Assembly: GCA_963719675.1 (NCBI GenBank)
Contig: CAVRDN010000007.1
Coordinates: 68,670-132,669, forward strand
From: an uncultured Alphaproteobacteria bacterium
GTDB taxonomy: Bacteria; Pseudomonadota; Alphaproteobacteria; Acetobacterales; Acetobacteraceae
DNA length: 64,000 nucleotides
Reading direction: 5' to 3'
A model generated the notes under the pieces. It was not told the DNA's origin, did no database searches, and saw only the letters and a program-made list of their open reading frames with translations. Position numbers and translations under genes: made by a program. The first letter of the stretch is position 1. Each line of letters starts with the position of its first letter. Positions 1 through 9,583 of the stretch are shown piece by piece.

Positions 1-853
1 ACCTTCGACGTCGGCATCGCCGAGCAGCACGCGGTCACCTTCGCCGCCGGTCTCGCGACCGAGGGGATGAAGCCGTACTGCGCCATCTACTCGACCTTCA
101 TGCAGCGCGCCTTCGACCAGGTGGTGCACGACGTGGCGATCCAGTCGCTGCCGGTGCGCTTCGCCCTCGACCGCGCCGGACCGGTCGGCAACGACGGGGC
201 GACCCATTCGGGCAGCTTCGACATCGCCTACCTGGGCTGTCTGCCGGGCATGGTCATCATGGCGCCGTCCGATGAGGCCGAACTGGTCCATGCCGTCGCG
301 ACCTCGGTCGCCATCAACGACCGGCCGAGCGCGTTTCGCTATCCCCGCGGCGAAGGCACCGGCGTCGCGTTGCCAACCCAGGGCGAGATCCTGCCAGATC
401 GGCAAGGGCCGCGTGGTCCGCGAGGGGCACAGCATCGCCATCCTCTCGCTGGGCCCGCGACTTGGCGACGCGCTGAAGGCCGCCGACGAACTGGCCGCGC
501 GGGGCTTCCCCACCACGGTCGCCGACGCGCGCTTCGCCAAGCCGATCGACACCGCGCTGGTTGAACAACTCGCCCGGCATCACGAGGTGTTGATCACGAT
601 CGAGGAGGGCTCGATCGGCGGTTTCGCCAGTCAGGTGATGCACCATCTGGCCTGGAAGGGGCTGCTGGATCACGGATTGAAGGTGCGGCCGATGGTGATG
701 GCGGACAAATTCATCGACCACAATTCGCAGGCGAAGCAAATGATCGAGGCGGGCCTCTCGGTGCGCGATATCGTCGAAGCCGGCCTCGGCGCGTTCGGCA
801 TCGAGGCACCGGGCGTTCCCGGGCGGCCGGTGCAGGTCGTGACCGGGCGCTAA
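1..853 (+). CDS. dxs: 1-deoxy-D-xylulose-5-phosphate synthase, C-terminal part (5' end outside window; frameshift near 396)
   Basis: [43 protein letters not shown] and RYPRG in ORF 67..564; continues as [10 protein letters not shown]...DARFAKPID...[10 protein letters not shown] in ORF 272..853. Confidence 0.93.
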
Positions 854-856
854 CCG

Positions 857-1642
857 ATGGCGGGCACGAACCTGGGTTTCGAATCTCGCCCTGCCCGTCT
901 GCTGGAGGCCGGTCTGGTGGAAGCCGGTCTGGTGGATGTCGGTCTGCTGAATGCCGGTCTGGGGGATGCCGGTCTGGTGGATGTGGGTGCCGGGCTGGGG
1001 GAAGCCGGTCTGGCGCCGGGGCGTCGGGCGCTGCTCGCGGTGATGGCGGCGGCCGCGCTGTGGCCGGGACGCGGCAAAGCCCAGGGCAGTCAGGTCGCCG
1101 ATGCGCAGCGGGTGGTGAGCGAGTTGTACACCGGCCTGCAAAGCATCATGCGGATGGGCGCCGGGGCGTCGTTCCAGCAGAAATTCAACACCCTCGCCCC
1201 GGTGATCGACCGGGTGTTCGATCTCGAAGCCATACTCCGCACCTCCGTCGGGCTGCGGTGGGCGTCCCTGGGTGAACCCGCGCAGCAGGCCTTGTTCAGC
1301 ATTTTCCGGACCTTCACCATCGCCTCCTACACCGCCAACTTCGGCGAGAACGGCGGCGAACGGTTCGAGGTCCTGCCGGAAACCCGCGCCGCCGCGAGCG
1401 ACCTGATCGTCGAGTCGCGGCTGATCCCCTCGGGCGGGGACCCGGTTCGGCTCGATTACGTGATGCGTCCGGGCACGATGGGCATGCGCATCGTGGACGT
1501 GCTGCTCAACGGCTCGATCAGCCGGGTCGCGGTGCAGCGCTCGGATTTCCGGTCCCTGCTGGCCTCCGGCAACGCCAACGCGCTGATCGAGAGCCTGCGG
1601 CAGAAGGTGGTCACGCTGTCCGGTGGGGCCATGCGGCCGTAA
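857..1642 (+). CDS. hpnM: HpnM / MlaC (Ttg2D) family periplasmic lipid-binding protein
   Basis: Signal-like RRALLAVMAAAALW; LDYVMR...IVDVLLNGSISRVAVQRSDFRSLL motif; lies next to hpnI and hpnJ. Confidence 0.8.
   Translation: MAGTNLGFESRPARLLEAGLVEAGLVDVGLLNAGLGDAGLVDVGAGLGEAGLAPGRRALLAVMAAAALWPGRGKAQGSQVADAQRVVSELYTGLQSIMRMGAGASFQQKFNTLAPVIDRVFDLEAILRTSVGLRWASLGEPAQQALFSIFRTFTIASYTANFGENGGERFEVLPETRAAASDLIVESRLIPSGGDPVRLDYVMRPGTMGMRIVDVLLNGSISRVAVQRSDFRSLLASGNANALIESLRQKVVTLSGGAMRP
895..1015 (+). repeat. 15-bp in-frame tandem repeat (~8 degenerate copies of gccggtctggtggat) in the hpnM N-terminus
   Basis: Visible directly; encodes L-(V/G/L)-(E/D/N)-(A/V)-G repeats. Confidence 0.85.
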
Positions 1643-1710
1643 ATCCGTCCCGGGATGTGAGCGCCCTTCAGGCCGTTCCGCGAGGGTGAGCATCTGATCG
1701 TGGACAAGCG

Positions 1711-3103
1711 ATGTTGAGCCTGGGCCTCGCCGCGCTGACCGCGATCGGCGCGTTGCAGGTTCTGGCCGGCTGGGTCGCGGTGGTTCGGTTCGCCCACGCT
1801 CCGCCGGAGCGTTGCGCCGGCTCTCCGGCGGATCGATTTCCGGGCTCTCCGCCGGAGCGGCCGGCTCTCCGCCGGACATGGCCTGCGGGCCGAGCCGATC
1901 AGTGTCCTCAAACCGCTGTATGGTGACGAACCCCTGCTGGCCGAGGCGCTGGCGACACTGTGCGAGCAGGATTATCCGGCCGGGTGGCAAATCGTGTTCG
2001 GCGTGCACGACGAGGACGACGCCGCCGTGCCGGTGGTGCGCGCGTTGCGGGCCCGCTTCCCCGAGCGGGACATTGTTCTGGTCGCCGATGCGACGGAGCA
2101 CGGCAGCAACCCGAAGGTCGGCAACCTGATCAACATGCTGCCCGCGGCACGGCACGGCGTCCTGGTCATCGCCGATTCCGACGTGCACGCGCGGCCCGAT
2201 TACCTGCGGCGGCTGTCCGAGACACTGGCGCGCCCGAACGTCGGCGTCGCGACCACGCTCTACACCGGCCTGCCGGCGTGGCGCGCGCTGGCCGCCTGCT
2301 CGGCACCACCCAGATCACGCATGGCTTCCTGCCCGGCGCTTTGCTGGCCCGCGCGCTGGGCCGGCGCGACTGTCTGGGCGCGACAATGGCTCTGCGCCGC
2401 GAGACCCTGAGCCGGATCGGGGGGTTCGCGGCACTGAAGGATCATCTCGCGGACGACAATGTGCTCGGCCAGTTGGTCATCGCGGCGGGGCTGGATGTCG
2501 CGCTGGCGCATACGATCGTCGCCACCACCGTGCCGGAACGCACGATCGCGCGCTGTGGCGGCATGAGGAGAGGTGGGCGCGCACGATCCGCACCCTGGCG
2601 CCAGCCGCCTTCGCCGCCGCGGTCCTGCAATATCCGTTGTGCCTGGCGCTGCTGACCGTGCTCGCCGCCGGGGGCGCGATCTGGGCGTGGATTCTGGCGG
2701 CCGGTGCGTTTGGGTTTGCCGTGCCCTCGCGGTCACAGGGATCGACCATGCGTTGGGCCCGATGTCGGAGGGCTTGCATTCCGTTGCCCGCTCTGGCTTT
2801 TGCCGCTTACGGGATCTGCTATCGGCCGCCGAGTGGGTCGTGAGCCACGCCGGACGCCGCGTCGATTGGCGCGGACAGTCGATGCTGGCGGATACGCCCG
2901 GGCGGCCAAATGTTTCCGGGCCAGCCTCCCCCGGGTTGACCCCAACTGGGTTGACCCCAACTGGGCAGACGTCCTTTGGGCCGGCCCCAACCGGGCAGAC
3001 GTCCTTTGGGCCGGCGCCCTTTGGACCGACGCCACCGCATACCGCCCGGGACACTTCGCCGGGCCCCTCATCGAGCCTCAGTAAGGGATCGCACGCGCCA
3101 TGA
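1711..3103 (+). CDS. hpnI: Hopanoid glycosyltransferase HpnI (GT2, ceramide glucosyltransferase-like), split by several frameshifts
   Basis: Motifs spread across frames: ISVLKPLYGDEP, NPKVGNL, IADSDV, LGATMALRRETL..IGGF..LKDHLADDNVLG, RWARTIR, RVDWRG; directly upstream of hpnJ. Confidence 0.85.
2933..3014 (+). repeat. 15-bp x2 and 30-bp x2 tandem repeats in the hpnI 3' extension
   Basis: gggttgaccccaact twice; ccccaa(c/t-variant)gggcagacgtcctttgggccgg unit twice. Confidence 0.8.
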
Positions 3104-4527
3104 TGAAGACCCTGTTCCTGCAACCGCCTTCCTTCGACGGCTTCGACGGCGGCGCCGGCTCACGGTATCAGGCGCGGCGCGAGATCAAGTCGTTCTGGTT
3201 CCCGACCTGGCTGGCGCAACCCGCCGCGCTGGTGCCCGGCAGCAAGCTGATCGACGCCCCGCCGGCCCGCCTGGGCCTGGAGCCGGTGGCGGCGGCCGCG
3301 CGGCAGCATGAGCTGTGCGTGATCCACACCTCGACGCCGTCCTTCGCCTCCGACGTGAAGGTCGCGGCGGCGCTGAAAGACGCCAATCCGTCGCTGAAGA
3401 TCGGCTTCGTCGGCGCCAAGGTGGCGGTGCAGCCGACCGAAAGCCTCGCCAACGGCCTGCCGATCGATTTCGTCGCCCGCAACGAGTTCGACTTCACCAT
3501 CAAGGAAGTCGCCGAGGGCCGCGACTGGAGCACGATCGACGGCATCTCCTACCGCAACAACGCCGGCGCCATCGTGCACAACAAGGATCGCGCGATCCTG
3601 GAGGACATGGACCAGTTGCCGTTCGTGACCGAGGTCTACAAGCGCGACCTGCGGATCGAGGATTACTTCATCGGCTACCTGCTGCACCCCTACGTGTCGC
3701 TGTACACCGGCCGCGGCTGCAAATCGCGCTGCACCTTCTGCCTGTGGCCGCAAACCGTCGGCGGGCACAATTATCGCGTCCGCTCCCCCGGCCATGTCGC
3801 CGAGGAAATCCGCCTGGCAAGGTCGTACTTCCCGCAGGTGCGGGAAATCTTCTTCGACGACGACACCTTCACCGACAACCTGCCGCGCGCCGAGGCGATC
3901 GCCCGCGAACTCGGCAAGATGGGCGTGACGTGGTCGTGCAACGCCAAGGCCAACGTGCCGCGCGAGACGTTGAAGGTGCTGAAGGACAACGGGTTGCGGT
4001 TGTTGCTGGTCGGTTATGAAAGCGGCAACCAGCAGATCCTGCACAACATCAAGAAGGGCATGCGGATCGAGGTCGCGCGCAAGTTTACCCAGGACTGCCA
4101 CGAGCTGGGCATCAAGATCCACGGCACCTTCATCCTCGGCCTGCCCGGCGAGACGAAGGAAACGATCGAGGAAACCATCCGGTTCGCCACCGACATCAAT
4201 CCGCACACCATCCAGGTGTCGTTGGCGGCGCCGTATCCGGGGACCTTTCTGTACAAGCAGGCGATCGAGAACGGCTGGCTCGACGCCGAACACGCCGAAC
4301 TGATCGACGACGAGGGCATCCAGATCGCGCCGCTGTCGTATCCGCATCTGTCGCACACGGAAATCTTCGACAACGTGGAAACGTTCTACAAGCGGTTCTA
4401 TTTCCGCGCGCCGAAGATCGCATCCATCGTTGGCGAGATGGTGCGTAGCCCGCAAATGATGAAGCGGCGGCTGCGCGAGGGCGTGGAGTTCTTCCAGTTC
4501 CTGCGCGAGCGGCACAAGGCGGCGTAA
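3100..4527 (+). CDS. hpnJ: Hopanoid biosynthesis-associated B12-binding radical SAM protein HpnJ
   Basis: Typical N-terminus MKTLFLQPPSFDGFDGGAGSRYQ; CxxxCxxC motif (GCKSRCTFC); intact 475 aa. Confidence 0.95.
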   Translation: MMKTLFLQPPSFDGFDGGAGSRYQARREIKSFWFPTWLAQPAALVPGSKLIDAPPARLGLEPVAAAARQHELCVIHTSTPSFASDVKVAAALKDANPSLKIGFVGAKVAVQPTESLANGLPIDFVARNEFDFTIKEVAEGRDWSTIDGISYRNNAGAIVHNKDRAILEDMDQLPFVTEVYKRDLRIEDYFIGYLLHPYVSLYTGRGCKSRCTFCLWPQTVGGHNYRVRSPGHVAEEIRLARSYFPQVREIFFDDDTFTDNLPRAEAIARELGKMGVTWSCNAKANVPRETLKVLKDNGLRLLLVGYESGNQQILHNIKKGMRIEVARKFTQDCHELGIKIHGTFILGLPGETKETIEETIRFATDINPHTIQVSLAAPYPGTFLYKQAIENGWLDAEHAELIDDEGIQIAPLSYPHLSHTEIFDNVETFYKRFYFRAPKIASIVGEMVRSPQMMKRRLREGVEFFQFLRERHKAA

Positions 4528-4530
4528 ACA

Positions 4531-4655
4531 GGCCTGTTCGCGTCATCCGGCCTGTTCGCGTCGTCCGGCCTGTTCGCGTCATCCGGCCTCTCCACGTCGT
4601 CCGGCCTCTCCACGTCGTCCGGCCTCTTCGCGCCATCCGGCCTGTCGTGCCATCC
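4531..4655. repeat. 18-bp tandem repeat (~7 copies of ggcctgttcgcgtcatcc) right after the hpnJ stop
   Basis: Visible directly, with progressive divergence of the copies. Confidence 0.9.
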
Positions 4656-4658
4656 CTC

Positions 4659-4736
4659 CGTCATCACCGGGCCTGACCCGGTGATCTGTCGCGGCAAGTG
4701 CGGCGCACGATGGCCGGGTCGAGCCCGGCCATGACG
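4659..4736. repeat. REP-like double-hairpin element of the alphaproteobacterial cgtcat...atgacg type
   Basis: Terminal inverted cgtcat/atgacg; internal hairpins atcaccggg-cctga-cccggtgat and atggccggg-tcgag-cccggccat. Confidence 0.75.
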
Positions 4737-4758
4737 ATTAACAGAGGTGACAATCAAC

Positions 4759-4804
4759 GGCAACAGCGTGCGTCCCAGTCGGCAACAGCGTGCGTCCCAG
4801 TCGG
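4759..4804. repeat. 22-bp direct repeat x2 (ggcaacagcgtgcgtcccagtc)
   Basis: Two exact adjacent copies, followed by a degenerate third. Confidence 0.8.
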
Positions 4805-4906
4805 AAACGGCATGCGCGATCATCGGTGTCGTCGTTGACCGCCCACGACCTCGTTCTTGCCAAGAAACATAAAGGCAACAACGGTCCCGCTGCTCCTCGC
4901 CGAACG

Positions 4907-5722
4907 CTATCCGGCTTTCGCCTTCGCCGCGGCGTCGAGAGCGGCCCAGGTTTGCGGGCCGACGATCGCATCCGCCGCCAGCGCATGCTCCGATTGGAAC
5001 CGCGTGACGGCGACCTCGGTGCCTGGGCCGAAGTCTCCGTCCACCGCCAGGGTAAAGCCCAGCGCGCGAAGCTGGTTTTGCAACGCGGCCACCGCATCGC
5101 CTTTGGAGCCGCGATGCAGCACGGGACGGGCTTCCGAACCGGACGGCGCGCCGGACAGTTGCACGCCCTCAAGCCGGGCAACGGCGGTCTTGGCGGCGGA
5201 TGTATAAGTCCGCCTGTCAGCCAGTCCATTGGTGCCGCCGTTCACCAGTCGCGTGACCGCGATGATGTCGTCACGATCGCAGGCATCGTTGATTTTGTGG
5301 CGCTTCCAGTATTCACACGCGATGCGCAACGAAAGCGTCGGCTCGGCGGCGAGTTGCGGCTGGTTCTCCAGATCCACGCCAAGGGCCTTGCCGTATTCGG
5401 CATAATTCGCGCGCCCGGTGAGTTGAAGAAGCCCGCGCCCCTTGAACCGCGGTCCGTCGCCATCCTTCACGTTCCCCAGGTCCGCGCGACCCTCGTATTC
5501 CTCACCGCTGGCGAATTCTTCCGTCGTGCGATAACCGGCCGACTCCTCACAGGTCTGTCCGAGAAAATGCGCGATCCGCAGTCTTGTTGTGATATCATAA
5601 CTTTGTAGCGTCGCCGCGAGCACCTCGCCGACGGCCGCGATAATTCTGGCCTGGCGCACGCCGTTGTCACCACTGAAGCGCGGAGCGATTTCCTGCATCG
5701 TTTGGCTGTCGACGGGGATCAT
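4907..5722 (-). CDS. Glycoside hydrolase family 19 (chitinase/endolysin-like) with C-terminal peptidoglycan-binding domain
   Basis: RIAHFLGQTCEES, YEGRADLGN..DGDG.RFKGRGLLQLTGRANY, VTRLVNGGTNGLADR; PG_binding_1 pattern L.RGSKG..V..LQ..L...G....VDG.FGP.T..AV..FQ...L.AD.IVGP.TW. Start placed at MIPVDSQ; no signal peptide. Confidence 0.88.
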   Translation of the reverse strand: MIPVDSQTMQEIAPRFSGDNGVRQARIIAAVGEVLAATLQSYDITTRLRIAHFLGQTCEESAGYRTTEEFASGEEYEGRADLGNVKDGDGPRFKGRGLLQLTGRANYAEYGKALGVDLENQPQLAAEPTLSLRIACEYWKRHKINDACDRDDIIAVTRLVNGGTNGLADRRTYTSAAKTAVARLEGVQLSGAPSGSEARPVLHRGSKGDAVAALQNQLRALGFTLAVDGDFGPGTEVAVTRFQSEHALAADAIVGPQTWAALDAAAKAKAG

Positions 5723-5930
5723 GGCAAACGTTCCTTCGCTGACCGGGTTATTACTTCGTTCGCTTTCACCCAACGTTCGCATACTTGAACAGGAAATGCC
5801 ACGGATTTTAACATCCGTGCATAACTTTTCCCATGTCGCGCTCCGCCGCGCGGCGCTCCCCGCGAAAACCCTGGCTCGATCGCGCGCGTGAGCGTTCGCG
5901 TCCACACAATTCGCCGCCCGGCGGCCGCTG

Positions 5931-5964
5931 TCACATGGGCCGCCGGATCACATGGGCCGCCGGA
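5931..5964. repeat. 17-bp direct repeat x2 (tcacatgggccgccgga) in the divergent promoter region
   Basis: Two exact adjacent copies. Confidence 0.8.
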
Positions 5965-6023
5965 TGGACAATTCGTCAAACCCGTGACAAATTCGGCCGA
6001 TCACGTGACCGCGCCCCGGGTTT

Positions 6024-6039
6024 TGTGACGTGCGTCACA
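6024..6039. promoter_or_regulatory. CRP-family operator TGTGA-N6-TCACA
   Basis: TGTGA cgtgcg TCACA is a perfect core consensus, about 65 bp upstream of ATG 6105. Confidence 0.6.
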
Positions 6040-6104
6040 CGCGCCTGTTTCCGCACCGTGCTATTCCGCGAACGACAAAAAAACCACGATCGGGAGACTG
6101 TCTG

Positions 6105-7802
6105 ATGGCGAACGATCCGGGCTCCGCGGCTCTCGGCGTTTTCGATGCGCTCATGAATCGCGTCAAGCAGGCGCACCCGGTGCGCAGCGACGGCAAGCCG
6201 CTGGGCGGCGGCGTCGTGTACTCAATGATGACGCTCGGGATGCCGGTCGATCCGGCCGACTATCTGCATCCATGGTCGCCAATGGGCGGCGCGTCGGCCT
6301 CCGGCACCGGGGCGGCCGGCGCGGCGCCGGTGATGCCCGCGCCGGCGCCCGCCGCCACCCCCGGCGCGGCGCCGGAGCCCGATCCGAAATTCGCCAAGGC
6401 TCTGGAGTCCGCATATAAAACGGCCCAACTCTGCAACATCATGCTGCAGGTCACCACCGACGGATCGTATCTGGAATATCCGACAGGGCGGCATCTTGAC
6501 TCCGCTTATGATGGCATCCTCGCCGGCATGCAGCCCTTGCCGATGCCGCCGATCGCGCCCGCGGTACAGGCGCAGATCGACGAGTCACAAAAAGTGTTGT
6601 TCGAGCTTGACACCGACGGCAGCATCCTCGGCAAAAGCAAGCTGTACAAGACCTACACCAAGAACGCGGCGGCCTATGCGTTGGCCAAGGCCAACTATGC
6701 GATCGCCAGGCAGCAGGCCAACCCGGAGCTGTGGCCAATGACCTCCGCCACGTATCAACAAGTGGTGGACGACGCTTTCGACACGTTGAAATCCGAGGGC
6801 GCCGACAAGGTGGAGCGCGCGCTCGACATCATCGGCTCGGTCGGCGTCAGCATGCAGGACCACATGATCAAGAAGGCCCGGCAGTTGTTCGATGTTTATA
6901 ACCTCGGACTCGCCGGCGTCCCCGCCCCGGTGCCCTACGCTTTCATCGAGCCGACGGGCTGGTGCGACCCGGACAATGACGATGAGGGGTGGCAGCAGCT
7001 CACGGTCTCATCGAAAGACACACAACATTATGATTCCGCATCGGCCGCGCAGCATGGCAGCTTCGCCTGGGCGGGCAACAAATCATCCACCAGCGGCAGT
7101 TTGGGGTTCAAGGGCTCGTTCTCGGCGAAGGCCGGCGCCAGCACCACTTCATCGGACCACGATCACCACGACGCGCACGACACCTCATCCACCAACGCAT
7201 TCCACGATACGGCGCGCGATCTGGAAATCTCGCTGGAATACATGCTGTGCACGATCAACCGCCCAGGCCTGGTGAGCGACGTGTTTTACATGCGGAACTG
7301 GTATATGGTCGGCCAGCGGGCGAATGCGATCAGCGATGGTACCGAGACCAATCAGGCCAACATCTCCGATCCCGCCAAATTGCCGTTCCTGCCCATGATC
7401 CCGCAGCAATTCCTGGTCGTGCGGAACGTGGTGATCTCCACCAAAACCTGGGGCGACGACAGCGAGGCGCTGAAGTCCGCGTTCGGCGGCGACGAGGGCA
7501 GCAACTCGGCGCGTTCGTTCAGCGGCAATGCCTCCTTCGGCTTCCTCGGCATCGGCGCCTCCGCCAGCCATTCGCAGGACCACGAGAAGGGCCAGGGATC
7601 GAACTGGGAAAGCAACAAAAGTTCCGACCACCTGGGCACCACGTTCGATGGCGAGACGCTCAAGATCCCCGGCGCTCAGATCATCGCCTTCCTCAGCGAT
7701 ATCGTGCCCGCCTGCCCGCCGTTGGACGACCCGGCCTTGCCGGCGCTGAAGGACGACAAGGCGAAAGTGTCGGCCGACACGTTGCAACCCGCGAAGGTCT
7801 GA
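6105..7802 (+). CDS. Uncharacterised 565-aa protein A, paralogue of the next gene; possible beta-pore-forming toxin-like fold
   Basis: GGGAGA RBS before ATG 6105; coding-like codon use; shares an ordered motif series with 7868..9583; two Ser/Gly-rich amphipathic segments. Function is inference. Confidence 0.8.
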   Translation: MANDPGSAALGVFDALMNRVKQAHPVRSDGKPLGGGVVYSMMTLGMPVDPADYLHPWSPMGGASASGTGAAGAAPVMPAPAPAATPGAAPEPDPKFAKALESAYKTAQLCNIMLQVTTDGSYLEYPTGRHLDSAYDGILAGMQPLPMPPIAPAVQAQIDESQKVLFELDTDGSILGKSKLYKTYTKNAAAYALAKANYAIARQQANPELWPMTSATYQQVVDDAFDTLKSEGADKVERALDIIGSVGVSMQDHMIKKARQLFDVYNLGLAGVPAPVPYAFIEPTGWCDPDNDDEGWQQLTVSSKDTQHYDSASAAQHGSFAWAGNKSSTSGSLGFKGSFSAKAGASTTSSDHDHHDAHDTSSTNAFHDTARDLEISLEYMLCTINRPGLVSDVFYMRNWYMVGQRANAISDGTETNQANISDPAKLPFLPMIPQQFLVVRNVVISTKTWGDDSEALKSAFGGDEGSNSARSFSGNASFGFLGIGASASHSQDHEKGQGSNWESNKSSDHLGTTFDGETLKIPGAQIIAFLSDIVPACPPLDDPALPALKDDKAKVSADTLQPAKV

Positions 7803-7867
7803 CGTCCCGCGCGGCGGGCGCGCGGCCGCCGCGGACCTAGCACGCCGATCGTCCCGACAGGTGGAAC

Positions 7868-9583
7868 ATGCCGGTCAACACCACCGATCTGATGCAGAAC
7901 ATCTACGATCTGTTCACCGGCATTTATGCCGCCTCGAACGGAGCCGGCGCCGCGCTCGCGTTCGAGCGACTGGGCGTGCCGATCTCGACCTCGATGTTCA
8001 GGATCAATCCAGCTGACACGGCGCTTTCGCCGGCACTGGCGGTGGAGCGGCTGTCGGAAATCGCCGGAGCGGTGATGCAGTTGCAAGGCGGCTCGGTCTA
8101 CCGCTCCAACCGCACGGTGGAAGCGGTGACCGAGTTGATGCTGGGGCAATCGATGCCGGCGACGCCCGAGGTCATGGCCGCCCTCGGCGCGGCCAGGACC
8201 GCCGACAATCAGCGTTTCGACGTCTCGCTTGGATCGCTGGAGGGCGACTTCAGGTTCCATCCCAGCTATGCCAGCCCGCCGGACTGGTACGATCCGGCGG
8301 CGGCGATCTGGACGCCGCACAAGGTCGATGAGCACGCCGCCGGGTTGTCGGCGACGCAGGGAGGCGGCTCGCCCACGCGGCAGGCTCCGGTGCCCTCGCC
8401 CGCGCCCCCGCCCGTGCCCGCGCCCGTGCCCCCGCCCGTGCCCCCGGTGGCGGCGCATCCGCCGGTGATGATGGGGCCGCTGTTATGGCACGTGGTGGCG
8501 GCCGAGGCCCGGCCCGCGCTGCAGGCGTCAGGGCCCCGTGAGAGCGCCATGATCGCGATGGCGCAGGCGAAGCCGCCCGGCGCCGCGGCCGCGACGATGC
8601 ATGCCCCGGCCATGCACGCACCGGCCATGGTAGTGGCGCACGCCCCGATTGTCCCGCACGCCCCGGTGACGGCGCATCCGCCGGTCGCCGTGCATCCCCC
8701 GATGACGATGATCGCGCACCTTCCGCCGAAGCCGCCCGGCGCGGTCGTCGCCGTCCACCCGACGGGCAAGCCGTCGCTCCCGGTCGCCGCGGCCGTCCAT
8801 CCTCCGATCATGGTCATGCATCCGGCCGCCTTCGCCGCCACATCGGCGATGCAACTGCGCCCGCTGTTGGTGGCGCAAGCGGCCGCGCAGGTGAGCGCGG
8901 CGGCAACGACCCGGCAGGTCAGCACCAGCAGCCTGGACATCAGTTTCGAACATTGCGTGGTCACGCTCAACCGGCCGTGGTTCCCGCAGACCTTCACCAT
9001 GTTGCGCGACTGGTTCTTGCCCGGCTATGGGCGCGGGGCCATTTCCACTGGCAAGGCCGACGGCGACACCGGGCTGATGCCTTTGCTGCCGAGCGGTTTC
9101 GTGGCGGTCCGCAACCTGGTCATCACCGCGCAATGGAGCGAGGCCGACCTGGCAACGGTGCAGGGTTCGGCTTCGTTCGGTCCGTTCTCGCTACTGGGTC
9201 GCAGCTTCGACGCGAAGACCGGCACGCTGAGCGCCCCCGGCATGCAAATCATCGGCTGGTTCTGCGAAGCGCTCCCCGTGCTCCCGCCGTTGTCCGATCC
9301 CGCGCTCGCGGCGGCGGTTCCCCCAGTGGACGTTCCGCGCCGACGTTCCGCGGGCGTCCCCCCGGCGGGCGTCCCCAGGTGGGCGTTCCCGCGGCGGGCG
9401 TTTCCCCGCGGGCATTTCCCCGCCTCCGTGGGCGTTCCCGCGCCGCCGGCCGCGAGCCCGGCACCGCCCGGCGGGCCCGCCGGGTCCCGCGGCAGGCCCG
9501 TCATGACCGATGGGCCAGCGCCGTCCAGACGGGGCAACTTCGCGCGGACTTCACGAATTCCACTTCATGGTGAGCAGCGATGA
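7868..9583 (+). CDS. Uncharacterised protein B, paralogue of 6105..7802 with a Pro/Ala/His-rich insertion; 3' end uncertain
   Basis: AGGTGG RBS; motifs ISFEHCVVTLNRPW, LMPLLPSGFVAVRNLVI, PGMQIIGWF..LPVLPPLSDPAL; the tail after ~9320 is repetitive and may be frameshifted. Confidence 0.78.
   Translation: MPVNTTDLMQNIYDLFTGIYAASNGAGAALAFERLGVPISTSMFRINPADTALSPALAVERLSEIAGAVMQLQGGSVYRSNRTVEAVTELMLGQSMPATPEVMAALGAARTADNQRFDVSLGSLEGDFRFHPSYASPPDWYDPAAAIWTPHKVDEHAAGLSATQGGGSPTRQAPVPSPAPPPVPAPVPPPVPPVAAHPPVMMGPLLWHVVAAEARPALQASGPRESAMIAMAQAKPPGAAAATMHAPAMHAPAMVVAHAPIVPHAPVTAHPPVAVHPPMTMIAHLPPKPPGAVVAVHPTGKPSLPVAAAVHPPIMVMHPAAFAATSAMQLRPLLVAQAAAQVSAAATTRQVSTSSLDISFEHCVVTLNRPWFPQTFTMLRDWFLPGYGRGAISTGKADGDTGLMPLLPSGFVAVRNLVITAQWSEADLATVQGSASFGPFSLLGRSFDAKTGTLSAPGMQIIGWFCEALPVLPPLSDPALAAAVPPVDVPRRRSAGVPPAGVPRWAFPRRAFPRGHFPASVGVPAPPAASPAPPGGPAGSRGRPVMTDGPAPSRRGNFARTSRIPLHGEQR

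Noticed and set aside
4907-5722. Prophage lysis module
   Set aside because: No holin, integrase, structural or other phage genes nearby.
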